A stretch of 64,000 nucleotides of DNA from Chloroflexota bacterium (lineage in GTDB: Bacteria > Chloroflexota > Limnocylindria > P2-11E), in NCBI GenBank assembly GCA_005881885.1, contig VBDX01000128.1:27809-91808 (forward strand), written 5' to 3'. A program made the position numbers and the translations under genes. Of this stretch, positions 50,181 to 59,030 are shown one piece after another. The number at the start of each line of letters is the position of its first letter. Position 1 is the first letter of the stretch. The notes beneath the pieces were generated by a model. That model saw only the letters and a program-made list of their open reading frames with translations. It made no database searches and was not told the origin of the DNA.

Positions 50181-52115
50181 CTAGGACTGCTCTTTGAACT
50201 CGCCCTCGATGGTGTCGCCGTCCTTCTTCGCGCCGGCTCCGGCGGGCTCGCCTTCGGGCTGCTCGGCCCCGGGCTGACCCTGCGGCTCGGCCTGTTGCTT
50301 GGTCTGCTCCTGCTGGTACATGACCTCGCCGATCTTCGTCGAGGCTGCCCGTAGTGCCTCAGTCGCGGACTTGATCCGCTCGACGTCGTCCGTCTTGAGG
50401 GCATCGCGTAGCGCCGCGAGCTTCTCCTCGACGTCCTTCTTCGTGTCCGCGGGGACCTTGTCGCCAAGGTCCTTGAGGGTCTTCTCGATGGAGTAGGCCA
50501 TCGTGTCGCCCTGGTTGCGCGCCTCGATCTTCTCGCGGTTGCGCCGGTCCTCCTCCGCGTGCGCCTCGGCGTCCTTCACCAGTCGCTGGACCTCGTCCTT
50601 GGAGAGGCCGCTCGACGCCGTGATGGTGACGTGCTGCTCGCGGCCGGTCGCCTTGTCGCGCGCCTTGACGTTCACGATGCCGTTCGCATCGATGTCGAAC
50701 GTCACCTCGATCTGCGGGATCCCGCGGGGTGCGGGCGCGATGCCATCGAGGATGAACCGCGCGAGGCTCTTGTTGTCCGCGGCGAGCTCCCGCTCGCCCT
50801 GCGTCACGTGGATCTCCACCTGCGTCTGCGCATCCGAGGCGGTCGTGAAGATCTGCGACTTGGACGTCGGGATGGTCGTGTTCCGCTCGATCAGCTTGGT
50901 GGCAACGCCACCGAGGGTCTCGATCCCGAGCGAGAGCGGCGTGACGTCCAGCAGAAGGACGTCCTTGACCTCGCCCTTGAGCACGCCGGCCTGGATCGCC
51001 GCGCCGATGGCGACGACCTCGTCCGGGTTGACGCTCTGGTTCGGTTGCTTTCCGTTGAAGAGCTTCTTGACGGTCTCGATGACGAGCGGCATCCGCGTTT
51101 GGCCGCCGACGAGTACCACCTCGTCGATCTGGTCGGGGTTCACGCCTGCGTCCTTGAGCGCCTGCTTCACCGACGGGATGGTCTTTTCGACCAGATCCCC
51201 GACGAGCTGCTCGAGCTTGCTCCGCGTGAGCGTCATGACGAGGTGCTTCGGACCCGACTGGTCCGCGGTGATGAACGGAAGGTTGACCTCCGACTGCTGC
51301 GTCGAGGAGAGCTCGATCTTGGCCTTCTCCGCAGCCTCCTTGAGCCGCTGCAGCGCCTGCCGGTCGGATCGCAGGTCGATGCCCTGGTCCTTCTTGAACT
51401 CTTCAACGAGCCAATCGATGACCCGCTGGTCGAAGTCGTCGCCGCCAAGGTGCGTGTCACCGTTGGTGGCCTTTACCTCGAAGACCCCTTCGCCGAGCTG
51501 CAGCACCGAGATGTCGAACGTGCCGCCGCCCAGGTCGTAGACCGCGATGATCTCGTCCTTCTTCTTGTCGAGCCCGTACGCGAGAGAGGCCGCCGTGGGC
51601 TCGTTGATGATTCGGAGGACCTCGAGTCCGGCGATCTGGCCCGCATCCTTGGTGGCTTGTCGCTGCTGGTCGTCGAAGTACGCCGGAACGGTGATGACCG
51701 CCTGCGTCACCTTGTCGCCGAGGTAGGCCTCCGAATCGGTCTTGAGCTTCTGGAGGATCATCGCCGAGACCTCCGGCGGGGTGAGCTTCTTGCCGTTACC
51801 GAGGACGATCTCGAGACCGCCGTTCGACGCCTGCTCGATCTTGTACGGGACCATCTTCATGGTGCGCTGGACCTCGGGATCGGAGAACCTCCGTCCCATG
51901 AGGCGCTTGACCGAGTAGATCGTGTTCTCGGGGTTCGTGATCGCCTGCCGTTTCGCGAGCTGGCCGACGAGGCGCTCCCCGGTCTTGGTGAACGCCACGA
52001 CGGACGGCGTGATCCGTCCGCCCTCCGCGTTCGGGATGATCGTCGGCTCGCCACCTTCCATGTAGGCGGCGGCCGAGTTGGTGGTTCCGAGGTCGATGCC
52101 GATGACTTTTGCCAT
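50181..52115 (-). CDS. dnaK: Chaperone DnaK
   Basis: [33 protein letters not shown]. Confidence 0.98.
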   Translation of the reverse strand: MAKVIGIDLGTTNSAAAYMEGGEPTIIPNAEGGRITPSVVAFTKTGERLVGQLAKRQAITNPENTIYSVKRLMGRRFSDPEVQRTMKMVPYKIEQASNGGLEIVLGNGKKLTPPEVSAMILQKLKTDSEAYLGDKVTQAVITVPAYFDDQQRQATKDAGQIAGLEVLRIINEPTAASLAYGLDKKKDEIIAVYDLGGGTFDISVLQLGEGVFEVKATNGDTHLGGDDFDQRVIDWLVEEFKKDQGIDLRSDRQALQRLKEAAEKAKIELSSTQQSEVNLPFITADQSGPKHLVMTLTRSKLEQLVGDLVEKTIPSVKQALKDAGVNPDQIDEVVLVGGQTRMPLVIETVKKLFNGKQPNQSVNPDEVVAIGAAIQAGVLKGEVKDVLLLDVTPLSLGIETLGGVATKLIERNTTIPTSKSQIFTTASDAQTQVEIHVTQGERELAADNKSLARFILDGIAPAPRGIPQIEVTFDIDANGIVNVKARDKATGREQHVTITASSGLSKDEVQRLVKDAEAHAEEDRRNREKIEARNQGDTMAYSIEKTLKDLGDKVPADTKKDVEEKLAALRDALKTDDVERIKSATEALRAASTKIGEVMYQQEQTKQQAEPQGQPGAEQPEGEPAGAGAKKDGDTIEGEFKEQS

Positions 52116-52116
52116 G

Positions 52117-52707
52117 TCAGTTCTTCTCCTTGCCTTCGCTCCCGCTCGACACCGTCACCAAAGCGGGACGGATGACCCGGTCGTGGAGTCGATATGCCTT
52201 CTGATGCTCCTGGATGACCGTCCCCTCCGGCTTGTCGGACGGGACATGCGCGACCGCTTCGTGCTTGTACGGGTCGAACGGCTGCCCGATGGAGTCGATG
52301 CCCTCGAGCCCCTCGGCCTCGAGGATGGCGCGAAGCTTCCGTTCGATGAGCCACATGCCCTCGACCCACGCGGTCCCCTTGAGCTCGTCCGGGATCGTGG
52401 CGAGGGCGCGGTCGTACCCGTCGAGCACGTCGAGGAGCTTCGCGATCAGATCGGACTTCGCGAACTTCGCAAACTCCGCGCGCTCGGCCTCGTTCCGCTT
52501 GCGGTAGTTGGCGAAGTCCGCGGCCATCCGCTTGAGATCGTTCGTAAGCTCTTCAGCTTTCTGGTCGGAGCTCGAAGGCTCCGCCTGGCGAGCCGCGTGC
52601 GCGGCGTTCATCTCCTGTTCCTCCGCGAGGTCCGTATGCCCGTTACCACCGCGGTCGCGCTTGCGCTGCTCGAGCAGCTCCTCGGCGCGACGCACCTTGT
52701 CGTCCAT
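52117..52707 (-). CDS. grpE: Nucleotide exchange factor GrpE
   Basis: [27 protein letters not shown]. Confidence 0.95.
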   Translation of the reverse strand: MDDKVRRAEELLEQRKRDRGGNGHTDLAEEQEMNAAHAARQAEPSSSDQKAEELTNDLKRMAADFANYRKRNEAERAEFAKFAKSDLIAKLLDVLDGYDRALATIPDELKGTAWVEGMWLIERKLRAILEAEGLEGIDSIGQPFDPYKHEAVAHVPSDKPEGTVIQEHQKAYRLHDRVIRPALVTVSSGSEGKEKN

Positions 52708-53759
52708 CACTGACCCTCCATGACTCGCACGAGGTCGCTCATGAGCGACCCCACATAGCGGACCGCGCCGATCGACCGCGCGTAGTCCATCCGCGTCGGC
52801 CCGACAACCCCAACGAACCCGATCACATCCGCGTCGGCTCCATAGCGGCCGACGACCAGGCTGCAACCGCGAAGCGACTCGTGCCGGTGCTCGCGGCCGA
52901 TCGTGATGTGGACCTCCCCTGCACCAAGGTCGAGCGGCAGGATCTCGGCCAGACGCGTGTGATCCTCGAAGAGGCTGAGCATCTCGCGGCCGCGATCGCC
53001 CTGGGCGAACTCGGGCTGGGCAAGGATGTTCTGGAATCCGTCCACGTAGAGCTCGCGCGCGCGGAAGGCGTCGTGCTCTTCGAGGATGCGGATGAGAGCA
53101 CGGACCACATCCGCGTCTGCGCCCTTCTCGCTCTCGACGCACTGTTGCATCGCCGCGGCGTTCGCGCTCGCCAGCGAGTCCGTGAGGCGTGCCGATAGCG
53201 CGTGGAGGTGCTCTGGGGTCGTCGGCGTCCCCAGCTCGAGGACCTGCTGGCGCACAGCGCCACCATCGAGGACCGCCACGAGTAGCACGCGGCGCTCATG
53301 GATCGGCACCACTTCGAGGTGTTTCAGCGTCGCTCGCTTCGCGGCCGGCGGCGTGACCAGGGACGCCTCGGCGGTTAGCCGGGCAAGGCTCGACGCCGCC
53401 ACGCGCAGCCACGCTCCCGTGTCGGTGAGGGCCTGCTGGAACTGATGGGACACGGTGACTTGTTCCTCCGCACGCAGCCCCGACATCGGCATGAGGCTCT
53501 CGATGAAGTAGCGGTAGCCGAGATCGGTCGGGACCCGTCCCGCCGAGGTGTGCGGGTGGGTCAAAAGGCCCAGCTCCTCGAGATCGGCGAGCTCGTTCCG
53601 CACCGTCGCCGGTGAGACGTCCAGGTGGTATGTCCGTACCAGCTGGGCAGACGCCACCGGCTCGGCCGTCGCGATGTGCTCGCGAATGACTGCCGCGAGC
53701 AGGTCCCGCGCACGCTGGTCAAGCTCCGGAAAGACCACAGAATCGGGTTTCTTCGACAA
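52707..53759 (-). CDS. hrcA: Heat-inducible repressor HrcA
   Basis: SPATVRNELADLE, PHTSAGRVPT..GYR, GVVGPTRMDY. Confidence 0.96.
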   Translation of the reverse strand: MSKKPDSVVFPELDQRARDLLAAVIREHIATAEPVASAQLVRTYHLDVSPATVRNELADLEELGLLTHPHTSAGRVPTDLGYRYFIESLMPMSGLRAEEQVTVSHQFQQALTDTGAWLRVAASSLARLTAEASLVTPPAAKRATLKHLEVVPIHERRVLLVAVLDGGAVRQQVLELGTPTTPEHLHALSARLTDSLASANAAAMQQCVESEKGADADVVRALIRILEEHDAFRARELYVDGFQNILAQPEFAQGDRGREMLSLFEDHTRLAEILPLDLGAGEVHITIGREHRHESLRGCSLVVGRYGADADVIGFVGVVGPTRMDYARSIGAVRYVGSLMSDLVRVMEGQ

Positions 53760-53786
53760 TTAGCACTCTCCCGTCGAGAGTGCTAA
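53760..53786. promoter_or_regulatory. CIRCE element
   Basis: Perfect TTAGCACTC-N9-GAGTGCTAA abutting the hrcA TTG start. Confidence 0.97.
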
Positions 53787-53787
53787 A

Positions 53788-53817
53788 AGCCTATCAGGGG
53801 CCCTTCGGCCGCGTCAA
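53788..53817 (-). promoter_or_regulatory. Sigma70-type promoter of the hrcA operon
   Basis: TTGACG-N18-TAGGCT immediately upstream of CIRCE. Confidence 0.75.
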
Positions 53818-53906
53818 GAGCGGGCCTGCGCGTGCGGGGAGCAAGAAGGCTGGCACGCCCTCTGCGGCTACGAGGGATTCATCCGGCACGCAGGAGGGCC
53901 TTTTTA

Positions 53907-54326
53907 GTGTTATCCGAATTCAAGGCGTGGCTGCTCAAGGCGAACGTTCTCGCGCTGGCTCTCGCGTTCATCATCGGCGTCGCGTTGGCGGCGGTCGTCA
54001 ACTCGCTCGTCAAAGACATCATCATGCCGCCGGTCGGGCTGCTGCTCGGTGGGGTGGACTTCAACAACCTCTTCATCGACCTCTCGGGCAAGCACCCCGC
54101 AAGCCTGAAGGCGGCGCAGGACGGGGGCTTGGCGACGCTCAACTACGGCGTGTTCATCAACACCGTGATCACGTTCATCATCGTGGCACTGGTCGTCTTC
54201 CTGATCGCTCGCACGTTCGTGAAGACTGTTCCGACGAAGGTCTGCCCGCGCTGCGCCGCGGATGACCTCCCGATGGCGGCAACACGCTGTCCGCATTGCA
54301 CGAGCGACATTCCTCGAGCCGCCTAG
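53907..54326 (+). CDS. mscL: Large-conductance mechanosensitive channel with C-terminal Cys4 knuckle
   Basis: EFK..L..NV..LA.AFIIG.A...VV.SLV.DIIMP, NYG.FI..I.FII; CPRC..RCPHCTS. Confidence 0.92.
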   Translation: MLSEFKAWLLKANVLALALAFIIGVALAAVVNSLVKDIIMPPVGLLLGGVDFNNLFIDLSGKHPASLKAAQDGGLATLNYGVFINTVITFIIVALVVFLIARTFVKTVPTKVCPRCAADDLPMAATRCPHCTSDIPRAA

Positions 54327-54382
54327 CACTCAACTCGGTCAGGCGTCTGCCGTCGCAAGGAAGGGCCTCGCCGAGCGCGACC

Positions 54383-54775
54383 CTAAGCGGCGGTCGGCGA
54401 CAGCAGGGCCCGCACGCGCGAGACCAGATCGTCCAGATCGAACGGCTTGGTCACGTAGTCAGCCGCGCCAAGCTCGGTCGCGTACAGACGCTCGGAAAGG
54501 CCGAAAATCGCGGTCACGACCACCACCGGTATCCGGGCGATGCGGCCATCGGCACGGAGCTCGCGCAGTACCGAGAAGCCGTCCCGCTTGGGCATCATCA
54601 GGTCGAGGACCATGCACGACGGACTCAGGTCGTCGACGTCGCGCATGGCCTCGTCGCCGTCGTGCGCGAGCTTCGCATCCAGCCCTTCGTCCTTCAGTGC
54701 CGTCATGATCACGTCGCCCAGCGCCGGGTCGTCCTCGACGACCAAGACCAGCGGCCGCTTGCGATTGGTGGCCAC
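54383..54775 (-). CDS. Single-domain response regulator
   Basis: VLVVEDD, LDLMMP, TA, DYVTKPF; TAGTG coupling to the Crp gene. Confidence 0.9.
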   Translation of the reverse strand: MATNRKRPLVLVVEDDPALGDVIMTALKDEGLDAKLAHDGDEAMRDVDDLSPSCMVLDLMMPKRDGFSVLRELRADGRIARIPVVVVTAIFGLSERLYATELGAADYVTKPFDLDDLVSRVRALLSPTAA

Positions 54776-55452
54776 TAGAACCGGATCTCCTTCTGGAGGC
54801 GGTCGGCATCTTTGATCGCGATCCGGCGCCGGCGGATCGCGATGATCTCGCGGCGCTCGAGATCGCCAAGAACGCGGTTCACGGAGACGCGAGACGCGCC
54901 GATGAACGCCGCGAGCTCGTCTTGCGTCAGCGTGAGCTCGTTGCCGTCTCCTCCGGTCGACCGTGCGAGGTCCAGCAGGTATTTCGCGACACGGCTCGGC
55001 ACGTCGAGAAAGATCAGGTCCTCGACGCGGTCGGAGAGGCGTCGGATCGTCCGCGCGAGCGTCTCGAGAACGACCCGGAACGAGGCCGGATGCGATTCCA
55101 GGTAGGCCAGAAAGTCGTCCCCTGCGAGGAGCGCGGCGCGCGTCTCCTCGAGGGCGGTCGCGCTCGCCGAGCGGGGACTCCGGTCGAACAGCGCGAGCTC
55201 CCCAAAGAACTCCCCGGGACGCATGATCGCCACAAGCGCCTCTTGACCGAACTCGCCGGGGAGCGCGATCTTCACGGCGCCGTCCAGGACCATGTACAGG
55301 TGGGTGCCGGGATCGTCCTTGCGAAAGATCGTCTCGCCGCGCCGGTACTGCTTGGTCCGGACGCGGTCGCCGAGCTCGGCGAGCTCGCCGTCGGGGAGTC
55401 GCGAGAAGAGCGGCAGCCGGCGAAGGTACTCGGCCACCTGCTGCTCAGGCAT
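54775..55452 (-). CDS. Crp/Fnr family regulator
   Basis: FGELALFD.SPRSASA cNMP pocket; LTQDELA.FIGASR.SVNR.L HTH; leaderless TAGAAT-N6-ATG. Confidence 0.93.
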   Translation of the reverse strand: MPEQQVAEYLRRLPLFSRLPDGELAELGDRVRTKQYRRGETIFRKDDPGTHLYMVLDGAVKIALPGEFGQEALVAIMRPGEFFGELALFDRSPRSASATALEETRAALLAGDDFLAYLESHPASFRVVLETLARTIRRLSDRVEDLIFLDVPSRVAKYLLDLARSTGGDGNELTLTQDELAAFIGASRVSVNRVLGDLERREIIAIRRRRIAIKDADRLQKEIRF

Positions 55453-55502
55453 CGGGCGATTCTATGGTCCGAACTTGACGTCCCCACCATCATGAGCGCC
55501 CC

Positions 55503-56423
55503 ATGGACGAGGCGAACGAGCGAACGGCGGTCACCATCGGCGAGGCGTATGTATCCGGCGCGTTGACCGCGCTCGACGACGCGCCGCGTACGAAGCTCTT
55601 CTACGAGCTGCTTGCGGAGATCGCCGAGGCCGCGCGTCTTCGCGCATATCTCCCCCATCGCGTCACCGATCCGATGGCGGCCGCTCACCTCGACCCACGA
55701 GCGGTCTATGAGATCGATCGCGCACACGTTACGGGCGCCGCCGTCCTGATCGCATACGCCGGGATACCGTCGTTCGGCGTCGGTATCGAGGTCGAGCTCG
55801 CGCGCGAGCACGGCGTGCCGGTGATCGTCGTCGCCGAGCGGGACCGCCCCATCTCGCGGTTGCTCCTCGGGAATCCCGCGGTGGTCGAAATCGTCCGGTT
55901 CGCCGACCTCGACGGGTTGCGCAAGCAGTTACAGAGCGCGCTCGGGCGGATCGCGACCACACCAGAGGAGAGGATCCGCACTGTCGTCGCCGACGATGTC
56001 GTCGTCCAGCGTTTCATCGCGAGCCTCGGGCACGCTCGCGAGCTTCCCGGCGCGGAGGTGGCCGCCCTCCTCCGGATCGCGGATCTCGACGGCGAGGCCG
56101 CCGTGGCGTTGAAGGAAGCCGTCGCGAGCGGCAGGCTCTTCGGCGCCGGGCTGCGCGACCTGGTCGGACGCTACGCGCTCCGGGGACCCGATCTCGGCGC
56201 GTTCATCCTGCGCGACGTGCTCGAGCGCTCGCTCGCCGAGACCGCGCGCACGCTGGGTATCGACGCGCGCACCGCGAAGCGGCACCTCGGCACGGCGCGC
56301 GCTCGCGTCGGCCTTCCCGATAACGCGGAAGCCTCGACGGTCGCACAATGGCTTGTGACCGAGCTCATCGCGCCGCCGACGCGCGCGCTGCAGCTCCATC
56401 TCTTCACCGGAGGGCGCGCGTAG
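55503..56423 (+). CDS. Nucleoside 2-deoxyribosyltransferase/DNPH1-like domain fused to a sigma70-region-4-like HTH
   Basis: YVSGAL...YLPH...YEID...IAY...PSFGVGIE...GVPV; C-terminal AFILRDV..RSLAETARTLGI...TAKRHL..AR. Confidence 0.75.
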   Translation: MDEANERTAVTIGEAYVSGALTALDDAPRTKLFYELLAEIAEAARLRAYLPHRVTDPMAAAHLDPRAVYEIDRAHVTGAAVLIAYAGIPSFGVGIEVELAREHGVPVIVVAERDRPISRLLLGNPAVVEIVRFADLDGLRKQLQSALGRIATTPEERIRTVVADDVVVQRFIASLGHARELPGAEVAALLRIADLDGEAAVALKEAVASGRLFGAGLRDLVGRYALRGPDLGAFILRDVLERSLAETARTLGIDARTAKRHLGTARARVGLPDNAEASTVAQWLVTELIAPPTRALQLHLFTGGRA

Positions 56424-56425
56424 CC

Positions 56426-56533
56426 ATGGGCAAAGGCCAGAAGAAACAGAAGACAAAGGGCAAGCTCGGGTGGCGCAGCAAGAAGGCCAACCACGGGCGC
56501 AAGCCCGGGATGGGCCGAGGCAGGCGCAACTAG
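56426..56533 (+). CDS. 35-aa basic peptide, bL37-like ribosomal protein
   Basis: MGKGQKKQKTKGKLGWRSKKANHGRKPGMGRGRRN; GGAGG SD; KANHG..P motif. Confidence 0.7.
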   Translation: MGKGQKKQKTKGKLGWRSKKANHGRKPGMGRGRRN

Positions 56534-56535
56534 AG

Positions 56536-56612
56536 GCGAGGGGGCGTCGCTTCGCGCTCCGCTTCGCGTCCGGGGGCCCCTGCCCCGTGGGCCCCTACCC
56601 CTGCCCCCTCGC
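56536..56612. repeat. Palindromic intergenic element between convergent genes
   Basis: GCGAGGGGGC/GCCCCCTCGC arms enclosing two CGCTTCGCG copies. Confidence 0.5.
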
Positions 56613-56623
56613 TCGTTGTTCGC

Positions 56624-57010
56624 CTAGCGGCGCTTTTTCCTGGTCGCGCTGCGTCGTGTCGTGCGCTTCGCGGTGCTGCGGCGGCCGGTCGTCTTGCGGC
56701 GCGCCGTGGTCTTGCGGCGCGTGGTCGTCTTGCGGCCGCGCTTGGCGGTGCTCCGCTTGGCGGTGGTGCGCTTGGCGGTGGCCTTGCGGCGGCCGGTGGA
56801 CCGCTTCGTGGTCGTCTTGCGTCCGCTCGTGGCCTTCTTGGCAGTGGTGCGGCGGCGCGTGGTCCTCTTCCGTCCGCCGCCCATGCTCGACGACGAGCCA
56901 CTCATCGGCGACGGCGGAGGCGGGGTCGGGCTCGTGGGCAGCGGCGTGGGCCAGACGGAACCGGGTTCCTTCTGCGCGGACCAATCGGTGCCTTGGTCTT
57001 CCTGCGTCAT
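56624..57010 (-). CDS. Histone H1/protamine-like Arg-Lys-Thr-rich protein
   Basis: GGGGAGG SD; acidic/Pro-rich N-terminus, then RKTT/TAKR repeats. Confidence 0.75.
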   Translation of the reverse strand: MTQEDQGTDWSAQKEPGSVWPTPLPTSPTPPPPSPMSGSSSSMGGGRKRTTRRRTTAKKATSGRKTTTKRSTGRRKATAKRTTAKRSTAKRGRKTTTRRKTTARRKTTGRRSTAKRTTRRSATRKKRR

Positions 57011-57118
57011 GGTTCCTCCCCGAAATGATCGGCAACGGTCGTGTGGTGATGGCATATCGAATTCGGCGCGCAATCGCAAGCACGGGAACTCATCTCGGTC
57101 CCAGCTTGTATGGGTCAC

Positions 57119-57346
57119 GTGGAGATCGTCGAACAGCAGGACGCTACCTCGGGTGAATGGCGTCCGTGGGAACCGCCGACCTGGCTCGTCGCCCTCGGCC
57201 TCTGCCTGGCGCTCGTCGTGGGATTCGTGCGCGCCGCGGATGTGCGCGATCCCCGCATCGGGCACCAAGCGCTGCCCACGCCGTGCGTTGCGCATACCGC
57301 GCCGGGGCCGAACGACGTCAACTACATCTGGAGCTGGTGCCCTTAG
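57119..57346 (+). CDS. Small single-TM hypothetical protein
   Basis: WRPWEPPTWLVALGLCLALVVGFVR TM segment and C-terminal Cys pair. Confidence 0.5.
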   Translation: MEIVEQQDATSGEWRPWEPPTWLVALGLCLALVVGFVRAADVRDPRIGHQALPTPCVAHTAPGPNDVNYIWSWCP

Positions 57347-58503
57347 GGCAGGAGGCGGACGAAAACCTCGCTCGCCAGCAGCCGTCCGCGCGCCGTAAGC
57401 GACGCACGGTCGCCTGACCAGCGCACAAGCCGCGCGCGCGACACCTCAGCCAGCGCAAACCGCACTCTCGTTACGGCCTCATCCCCGAAGCGGATCCTGT
57501 AACGGCGTAGATCAAGGCCGGTATCAAGCCGTAAGGCGAGCATCGCAGCCTCGGCTCGCGGATCCGACTCGAGGTCGGCAGACCGCGCAGACCCGCTTCG
57601 GGCGTGCGCGATGTACGTGCGCAGCTCGACCGGGTTGGCCGATCGGACGCCTCCAAGGTGGGTGTGCGCGCCCGCGCCGACACCGAGCCAGTCCCGGTCA
57701 CGCCAGTAGCCGAGGTTGTGCAGCGAGCGCTTGCGCGGCCTGGCCCAGTTCGCGATCTCGTAATGGCGGTACCCGCTGCGTGCCAGCACGCCTTCGGCCA
57801 GGCGGTACAACCGCGCGACACCGGCGTCGTCGGGCTGGGCCGCCGCGGTCCGCTGGCGCCAGCGCTCGAGCACCGGCCAGCCGCCCCCGGGCCAGTTCGC
57901 GACCGAGGCTTCCGGGTCGAGACGCAGCTCGAGCGGATAGCACGAGACGTGATCGGGCGCGAGCGCGACCGCCATTTCGAGATCGCGCTGCCAGTCGGCG
58001 ACGGTCTGCCCCGGCCAGCCGAAGATCAGGTCGAGATTGGTGTCGAGACCGGCGTCGCGGGCCGCCACGAGCGCCGCGGTGCTGTCCTGTGGCTGGTGCG
58101 TCCGGCCGAGCGCCCGCAGTCCGCGCGCGTCGAAGCTCTGTGCGCCGAGCGACATCCGCGTGATGCCGAGCGCCAGCCAGGCGTCAAGCCGCACGCGATC
58201 GAGGGTCGCCGGATTGACCTCGATAGTCGCCTCGCGCGGGCGCACGTCGAAAGCTTCGCGCAGCGCCCCGGCGAGTAACTCGATCTCGCTCGGGTCGAGG
58301 AGACTCGGCGTCCCTCCGCCGACGTACAGCGTGCGGATCCGCGGCCGACCGAGCGCCCGCCCCTCGCGGGCGATCTCCTCGCGAAGGGCCTCCAGGTACG
58401 CCACGCGAAGCGTCGTCCTCGCCGGCGCTGTCGCGAAGTCGCAGTACGGGCACCGCGAGGCGCAGAACGGGATGTGGACATACAGACCGATGCCGCGAGT
58501 CAT
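57343..58503 (-). CDS. hemW: Radical SAM heme chaperone HemW
   Basis: LYVHIPFCASRCPYCDF, GGGTPS, HYEIANW, HN..YW. Confidence 0.92.
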   Translation of the reverse strand: MTRGIGLYVHIPFCASRCPYCDFATAPARTTLRVAYLEALREEIAREGRALGRPRIRTLYVGGGTPSLLDPSEIELLAGALREAFDVRPREATIEVNPATLDRVRLDAWLALGITRMSLGAQSFDARGLRALGRTHQPQDSTAALVAARDAGLDTNLDLIFGWPGQTVADWQRDLEMAVALAPDHVSCYPLELRLDPEASVANWPGGGWPVLERWRQRTAAAQPDDAGVARLYRLAEGVLARSGYRHYEIANWARPRKRSLHNLGYWRDRDWLGVGAGAHTHLGGVRSANPVELRTYIAHARSGSARSADLESDPRAEAAMLALRLDTGLDLRRYRIRFGDEAVTRVRFALAEVSRARLVRWSGDRASLTARGRLLASEVFVRLLP

Positions 58504-59030
58504 CTGCGTATCGCCCCGAGCGGATCCGGCAAGCCCGCGTCGACCGAGAGCTCGGCGGTCCGGCCAAGGTCCACGAGCCACTCACGTGACTCGTGCACGA
58601 AGGCCAGGAGGTGGGTGGGCCTCCAGTCGATCTCCGTGACGATCCGCTCTTCGCCGAAGTCGGGCAGGAGCAGGACGTACGCGGTGGCGCGATCGACGAT
58701 CCGGGCGCCGGAGATGCCAAAACCCCCCAGCGTTTCCGCGCCGCCGAGCGCTCCGACGATGGAGTCGCGCAGCGGCGCGACGACCAGAGCGAGCCGCGCG
58801 TCCTCGCCCGAGGGGGCGACCCCCGCGGCGCGGTGAAGAGCGACCGCGGCGCGCGCCGCGTAGTGGCCTTCGAGCAGACCGCGGGTCTCGCGCGAGAGGC
58901 ACGCCCAGATCGCGGCGGCGTCGTCGACCGCGACCGCCCGAAGGAAGGTCGTGGCCGCGAGCTGCGTCGGATGCTCGAACTGGACTTTCGGGGGCCGGGG
59001 GGCGGAGGCCCCCGAGTTCTTGGTGGTCAT
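58500..59030 (-). CDS. Hypothetical protein coupled between lepA and hemW
   Basis: ATGA overlaps at both ends; 176 aa. Confidence 0.75.
   Translation of the reverse strand: MTTKNSGASAPRPPKVQFEHPTQLAATTFLRAVAVDDAAAIWACLSRETRGLLEGHYAARAAVALHRAAGVAPSGEDARLALVVAPLRDSIVGALGGAETLGGFGISGARIVDRATAYVLLLPDFGEERIVTEIDWRPTHLLAFVHESREWLVDLGRTAELSVDAGLPDPLGAIRR

Noticed and set aside
54324-54331. CIRCE half-sites TAGCACTC (after mscL) and GAGTGCTA (near 26909)
   Set aside because: No matching second arm at 9-nt spacing, and both lie at gene 3' ends
56624-56870. Tandem DNA repeats (GTCTTGCGGC) as a CRISPR array or VNTR
   Set aside because: Explained by the RKTT peptide repeats of the histone-like CDS; no repeat-spacer structure and no cas genes
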